From Candidatus Omnitrophota bacterium (lineage in GTDB: Bacteria; Omnitrophota; Gorgyraeia; Zapsychrales; Zapsychraceae): a stretch of DNA of 64,000 nucleotides. Below are positions 60,301-64,000 of this stretch, one piece after another (the stretch's first letter is position 1; every line of letters starts with the position of its first letter). The position numbers and the translations under genes are program-made. The notes under the pieces are model-generated. The model did not search any database and was not told the origin of the DNA. It saw only the letters and a list, made by a program, of their open reading frames with translations. The DNA is taken from positions 86,359-150,358 of the forward strand of contig JADFYJ010000005.1 of the NCBI GenBank assembly GCA_015233115.1. Reading direction: 5' to 3'.

Positions 60301-63300
60301 TTCGGATCTTTTATATTAAGAGCGTCATTCGGGGCATTCTGGATGACAAAATTACCATTTGCATCCGTCGTAGCTCTGCCGATCTCATTGTCTGATCCGT
60401 CCTTGACTATCACCAATGTACCAGCAATTGCTGACCCGATGACTGTTACATACTGTCCAACCGTCTTTCCTGTGAAAGGATAATTGATATTCAAATTCAC
60501 AAAATTCCATTTAGGATTCGGGTTGACCACGTCATTATTTCCCAAATTCGTACACATGTTACAAATCAAATCATTTCCTGGCGCGCCCAGTACATCCGAA
60601 TCCTGCACTTTCAAATTCTGGGTAGACAAACCTGCCGCCAATAAATTCAAATTCCAAGTTCCTGGAGATGCGGTTGAAAGCAGACTTGTATACCCGGTTG
60701 TATCCCCATTGATGCCCTCAGTTCCGCGGACATTAAATGACCCGCCCACCGCAATAGTCTGAGTTGACCCGGCCGCAAATTTGATCGTCTTGGTGAGTTC
60801 ATTAGAATAAAGTGAATAAAACGTTGTGCTTCCGGTGATGGTCGCCGTACTTGCGGTATTAAAATTAATTTCACCAGTTCCAGGTGTAAATAAGCCCGGA
60901 TTGGTTCTGGTAAAACTTCCGGCGATTTTAAAGGTATTATGATTGTTCGCGTCAATAGTGGCCGGCGCTTTTAATTCACCGCCGGTGATGCTGACATCAT
61001 GCAGAACAGCTATTTTTCCGTTTACCGCGTTTAATATGCCATTAGTCGCAGCCGCACCATTCAACAGCAAATCATGGCCCACCGTCAAAAGGTTAGACGC
61101 ATTTGAAGTATCTAGAGAACCATTGGTAATCGTTAAATCATGATTAACCACCAAATCCGCAGTCGTGCGGTAATTATCCGGTACAGCGTTTATGTCATTG
61201 AGGATTAAATTATAATATGGAATATTAAGGATAGTACGCTGATTCAATACCCCATTATTGTCTCCAGTATAAATAAAGGTTCCACGGAATCCGGCATCAA
61301 CCTGAATAGTCGGAGTTTCTGTTCCCAGCATTTTGATCGTCCCATCATCAACACCCGCGGCATTATTGAATATTTTCCCAGTCATGATAATGTTGATGCC
61401 ATTTAAAGTCACGACAGCGCCGTTCGCGACTTTTAAATCTACGATCGAAACCGGTGTAGCCAAAGTAGGCTGATTCGGCACATTCGGAATCTTCGCGCCA
61501 TCTATTGGTCGAGGAATAAAGCCCAGATCCCAGTTCAAAGGATCATCCCAGCTCGTACCATTAGAACCATTCCAGACATCTTCGGCAGGACCAAACAACC
61601 AATTCGTATTATTGCCGTTAATTTGCGTTGAATTCGACGGCACCAAAAGAACACCAGCGTCAGCACGGCCTTTAACATTAGAGTCTCTCACGTCCAGAAA
61701 ATCCAAATCCTGGATGCCGTGGAATTTAAGTTCAAAATACGCCTGCGTGGTTGGCGCTGAACTGTTAATAGAAAGCAGATTTCCTGCGGCACCTTTTAAC
61801 GTCAATTGATGCGCAATCAATGGCGAATTGGCTTTGGCCACCGTGGTATCAAACGTTAAAGTTGCTGGGACTGCTGTTGTTTTTGTCAAATCATAGAAAT
61901 TCGTATTAACCGCGGAAATAGTTTGATTAACACCATTTAAGAGCACTAAACCGCCATTCGCGTTAAAGTTGTCGCTCGTCACATTCCCGCCATTGGAAGT
62001 AAAATTCCCCTGCACAGAAAATGTTTTTCCTAACCCCGGAGCGGTAAAGGTACCCGCGGTCATCACAAATGATCCATTATTCCCTGCAGAATCTTTGTTC
62101 ACCACAATATTACCGTTACCAGCCGTGAAGACTCCGCCACCCATATTCAAATTCCCGCCCACGCCGGTCGCGTTAGCTACTGTTAAAGTTTTAGCGTTCG
62201 TGGAAATATCAAACGTGCCTTTGGTCAAGGTCAAAGAACCGAAAATATTTAGATTCTTGTCAATGATGAATGTATCGGTCGCATCAGCGTTATTAATAAT
62301 CACATTGTAATAATCCATCTTCACATCGCCAAAATTCGGCTGCGGCAGAGTACGCGTGGTATTTGTATTTACACCATCACCAGTAAACGTAAACGTACCA
62401 GCGTCTTTATTGGACGTCGTAATGTGTAATTGATCAATAAAACCCCATAAAAGAACATTACCGCTATTCGACAGATTAATGATCGTCGCTTTAAAACTGT
62501 TAAAATTAATGGTCGCGCCAGCTTGAACGCTCATTGTTCCTACATTAATATCCCCCGTCAAAACCGGTTGGACACCCCCAGAGCCAGTTACGTTAGGTAT
62601 GATGACATTGTCCCCAACAAAAGGCACAATACCTAAATCCCAGTTGGCAGCCACATTCCAATCTGAAGATGTGGTTCCCTTCCAGGTCAAAGTTCCCGTA
62701 TTAAATACCCAATGCGGACTGGGCTGAAGAGTGTCATTGCCGCCCACATCAATGGAATTACGCGCCACCATATCCAAATTCGCTGCGTTGCCATTTTTAA
62801 CTTTTAGATATTGCAGAGCCTGAGAACTGCCATTATTCATATTTACTGTAAACTGCACCGGAGTTCCATCATCATCATTACTGTTTAAAGACAATTCTGT
62901 TCCTACCCCTGTTCCTTTTAACGTCAATGTCCCCGCCACATACTGAATGCCAGTACTGTCAAATATCAACGTATCAGTCCCAATTTTATTTAAATTGTAA
63001 AACGCGTTGGTTGTCCCCAGCACAGACTGATTATTTCCAACTAACGTCACAGTAACGTTGGTTCCAATAAATGTCGCTGCTGCTGCCCCGGTCCAGTTTC
63101 CGGTTACATTCATATTCTGGCCATTCATGTCAAAAGTGCCTGCTGTATTAAAAAATGAGCCACCGATCACAGCCAAACCATTATTTAATTTCGCGGTTCC
63201 GGTACCGGTATGACTTAAATTATAAAACGAAGTATTAGGAAGATTAAGAGTTTGAATACCTGCTGGAGCATATAATTTAAACGTACCCGCTGTCGGAGTG

Positions 63301-63536
63301 TATGTCCCGTTGTTGGTCCAATCCCCGGTTAAGCCGACGGTGCCTGTCGTCGTAGAAATCGTCCCGGCATTGACAATACTCCCGGCCACATTCAACGTAT
63401 CATTATTAATTTTAACAGTAGACCCGGCAGGAATATTTAGGCCCTGAGCAAAACATAAAAAAGAAAGTCCGCTGATAAGAAATAATATCAGCAGAGCATT
63501 GCGAAAAAATGAAGTAAAAACTTTTTTCCCGAGCAT
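54366..63536 (-). CDS. Giant surface protein (3056 aa): beta-helix/adhesin-like N-terminus, Ig/DUF11/SdrD-like middle, probable C-terminal outer-membrane beta-barrel
   Basis: Signal peptide; two W.G..S..W....NW modules; G/N/T-rich repeats; DPFGYVFDS; IEKSVNK..I.VGEVATY (DUF11-like); GTVIGKVFWDQNENGIQD; YPVYGD.S; GFNFTDYNDDL. Confidence 0.85.
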   Translation of the reverse strand: MLGKKVFTSFFRNALLILFLISGLSFLCFAQGLNIPAGSTVKINNDTLNVAGSIVNAGTISTTTGTVGLTGDWTNNGTYTPTAGTFKLYAPAGIQTLNLPNTSFYNLSHTGTGTAKLNNGLAVIGGSFFNTAGTFDMNGQNMNVTGNWTGAAAATFIGTNVTVTLVGNNQSVLGTTNAFYNLNKIGTDTLIFDSTGIQYVAGTLTLKGTGVGTELSLNSNDDDGTPVQFTVNMNNGSSQALQYLKVKNGNAANLDMVARNSIDVGGNDTLQPSPHWVFNTGTLTWKGTTSSDWNVAANWDLGIVPFVGDNVIIPNVTGSGGVQPVLTGDINVGTMSVQAGATINFNSFKATIINLSNSGNVLLWGFIDQLHITTSNKDAGTFTFTGDGVNTNTTRTLPQPNFGDVKMDYYNVIINNADATDTFIIDKNLNIFGSLTLTKGTFDISTNAKTLTVANATGVGGNLNMGGGVFTAGNGNIVVNKDSAGNNGSFVMTAGTFTAPGLGKTFSVQGNFTSNGGNVTSDNFNANGGLVLLNGVNQTISAVNTNFYDLTKTTAVPATLTFDTTVAKANSPLIAHQLTLKGAAGNLLSINSSAPTTQAYFELKFHGIQDLDFLDVRDSNVKGRADAGVLLVPSNSTQINGNNTNWLFGPAEDVWNGSNGTSWDDPLNWDLGFIPRPIDGAKIPNVPNQPTLATPVSIVDLKVANGAVVTLNGINIIMTGKIFNNAAGVDDGTIKMLGTETPTIQVDAGFRGTFIYTGDNNGVLNQRTILNIPYYNLILNDINAVPDNYRTTADLVVNHDLTITNGSLDTSNASNLLTVGHDLLLNGAAATNGILNAVNGKIAVLHDVSITGGELKAPATIDANNHNTFKIAGSFTRTNPGLFTPGTGEINFNTASTATITGSTTFYSLYSNELTKTIKFAAGSTQTIAVGGSFNVRGTEGINGDTTGYTSLLSTASPGTWNLNLLAAGLSTQNLKVQDSDVLGAPGNDLICNMCTNLGNNDVVNPNPKWNFVNLNINYPFTGKTVGQYVTVIGSAIAGTLVIVKDGSDNEIGRATTDANGNFVIQNAPNDALNIKDPNKALYSNMQLAVGANALRLYAPDPINPGAFIKYIDRPIVVVANPTVEQVPVIVSPAMADRVNSPRPVVSGNADTPSVLVDILAQDDAAAHNLLLQKVGSLVKNAGGTAYSGILTTDLTRGAIKLVAVSDGVASRIITVSLVDPFGYVFDSVSDHLIKGAVVTIYNAATNLPAKTDNIELSVTDTNPVTTLADGYYSFLAAPGDYYIKVEVNGYDFPSVEKTFPAGRTVATGSLGEHFTVGANVMQLDMPVDSAGTLIKIEKSVNKNQIHVGEVATYTVKMESISSNDIIDPYLKDIIPPGFKFLPGRVTLDGLPTADPIGNRPLMFYIGNADHKMTPGMARTLKYQLVVGSGVVPGTYENKAQAVYRNGTKLSNTSRVNIKVAMDPLFDMGTVIGKVFWDQNENGIQDAPEYSAMGQDVIREEPVPNVTLAMEDGTVITTDKNGQFSIPGLTPGRHVVRLDERTLPEGAYLTTDKAVIIDVTNGMINKVNFGVNMDYGRFKSDDAQFFMKNVTVQKDQTVPVPLLNADMFGNQIDIRDGIFLNKVEFRIFTNYPLFISQWKLIIQDKYTKSLVKKFEGDRYTIDDPIFWDGKDQMGRYIDVKKDYEYYFIAKDEHNRTDETKIRPIVFRDVDEFARQKQAQEDARDITKLSLDKETQADTKLNPTNYADWVRQASETNNLAKQSISLNGEMVVISKLAGNLKSIQIKKDGRLEMDVPLTTRTKVTAQDVLNGKVADDINTIRLIMPNGNYDFLVQEGIPAVPAEGASPVNVIPTLGAPALPAGTLVSPTGIPLAAAPGDNVIGGKTYVKNVRVGENYMFLVGMGDEKVGYNFNKGNMEAVSPADQYNTGLYSQGRAAYYLKGKILGKYLITSSLDTDRQNSALFKKLDPDKFYPVYGDNSSINYSATDTQGPLYLLVEWDKSSAQWSNYSIDFKDTDFARFARSYYGGKVDLESLGTTKFGEPDTKAVVFYAQAHQKTAHNEFLATGTSLYYLKNKEVVEGSDKIRAEVRDRVTGVVVSTQDLKEGSDYDIDYPSGRVIFWRPVPQIVTSTSIVSNNILDGNLVYVVADYAYSVSGTMNEASEGTRLAKAIGNHLIIGETYVKEEQQGGNYQLTGTDATLHVGDNAKVKAEVAETTSNAQDTYLSTDGGLSFTSVSAPAGSKNKAYGISGDATLFNRLGLTAAYRWIDNNFSTTDSTAQQGKELVSLAATYDITDHTRLRLRHDIQTLLDGGSTQTKLQVGGQKTTTTLAQIVHDVNSKLRLTAEFSNQAANALSPGDTTFASPGQGTLLAFQADYQVNDKLSVMARRQQTLSGTPNDQNTVGATIKPTDKTTVDLKYTNGQMGASAQMAAKYDVNKSVTAGKLVLKANYDIAANPSISTSTGATSQTYNTALGQNQATVGAEYSPNEKNKIETDVGLTDLQDKEPKKLVSFGGKSQIDRDSAVESKLSYATNSLDQDMVMTFGGRSQVDPNTTTTSGISVADTTRDGKDTKLTFGTEKKLNSEVSMLTTRSFGQAGSQKSTGDEYGLVREKDNVRLKGTLTRQLADAPDSITQSNIFGLTGDIGDRWALSGSYERGKVQNYNGTITDRDAYTLGVGYAKADEQTGEKVLTSSVKAEYRKDTGSSDMNQYLVYASAQGKVSPELTLYAKGQYTNSQNMDQETTLTSTGIPSIGTGTIAMLHQVTLGAAYRPLMMDKLNLIGEVTHKEEQSPASQADATNSDIQQSIADIFSAEGLYDIDEHWQVGEKFAYRMAKEKVAGFDFTNTHTWLMIHRINYKIDRDWMIGGEFRILAQHESRDMKSGFLIEAARRLNDFAQLGVGFNFTDYNDDLTSLSFASRGPFVRLTGKFYDRTPDEIARSNDRWVEEKISHWAWAMVEQELSNPQSPIMQELNTYYKLAQKSANRGSWEESFDIYRDIVLTGQMMYEEAASYIRTRVAQEKQLVDMKQKADDYYRTGQYEKAKKILEKLLEDAKKGVIE

Positions 63537-63567
63537 TAAGAAAATGTGACAATGTTAAAATAGTAAT

Positions 63568-63598
63568 TGTCATCCCCGAGAGCTTGAATCGGGGATCC
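63568..63598. repeat. TGTCATCCC-type REP-like palindrome
   Basis: tgtc-atccccga-gagcttgaa-tcggggat-cc; preceded by an aatgtgacaatg arm remnant at about 63543. Confidence 0.6.
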
Positions 63599-63706
63599 GT
63601 GGTTAAATATATTAGTAATATATTAATTATATACTACCAAATCACCACACCAGCTCAAGCACAGATTGAAAAATTTTTGCTTTTATTATATTAAGGAAGG
63701 ATTTTA

Positions 63707-64000
63707 TCAGAGGGAAAATTTATTAAGCCAATCCAATTCTTTTCGGTCGGGATTTTCTTGATACCAACCGCCTTCGGAGAAACGCTTTAGCATTTCGAAA
63801 TATTCTTCATACATTAAACCAACCCGCTTTATGGAATAATTTTTCTCGGCGTGTTCACGGCAGTCTTTGGGTTTGATAAGATGAATATTTTTCGCGGCCC
63901 AAACAAATTGCTCGAAGGTGCGACAGCGAAATCCCGTTTTGCCGTGGACCACGGTTTCCGGAAAAACGCCAAAATCCGTTGATATAACCGGCGTGCCGCA
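63707..64000 (-). CDS. GT4 glycosyltransferase, C-terminal part (5' end outside the window)
   Basis: GTPVISTDFGVFPETVVHGKTGFRC...CREHAEKNYS...YEEYF. Confidence 0.8.
   Translation of the reverse strand, partial: CGTPVISTDFGVFPETVVHGKTGFRCRTFEQFVWAAKNIHLIKPKDCREHAEKNYSIKRVGLMYEEYFEMLKRFSEGGWYQENPDRKELDWLNKFSL

Noticed and set aside
54366-63536. Diversity-generating retroelement target or template in the giant gene
   Set aside because: No reverse transcriptase and no adenine-specific repeat pair were seen in the window.

Overview
A 64-kb stretch of a diderm bacterial chromosome, mostly coding on the minus strand. Gene content and order (lipid A/LPS fusions, the aroE-pilD-aroK-dprA-topA-xerC run, a PTS cluster linked to metK-ahcY, short EF-Ts, very large secreted proteins) suggest Candidatus Omnitrophota or a relative; this is inference, not a database result. 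Housekeeping content: LPS genes (GT4-GT9 fusion, LpxL-ELM1 fusion, lpxK, waaA, msbA, lpxB), xerC, topA, dprA, aroK/aroE, pilD with a type IV pilin, leuA, ilvC, ahcY, metK, ptsI/ptsH/ptsN/yvcK, three tRNAs (Gly-GCC, Leu-TAG, Lys-TTT), rpsB-tsf-pyrH-frr, and a full moxR-DUF58-batABCDE operon. There is also a probable GH161 beta-1,3-glucan phosphorylase and a 3056-aa adhesin/beta-barrel protein followed by a 1625-aa TPR protein, an AsmA protein and a PilZ protein. The most unusual signal is non-coding. Most intergenic gaps hold a member of one element family (about 18 complete or partial loci): two inverted arms of short tandem 7- or 8-nt units (at least four different unit sequences), an A-rich spacer of 10 to about 280 nt, and a shared polarised inner motif CATCAATCGCTTTT. 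A second, roughly 120-nt hairpin element with a conserved internal loop and covarying stems occurs four times, and several REP-like palindromes nest with these elements. No transposase, CRISPR array or rRNA was seen.
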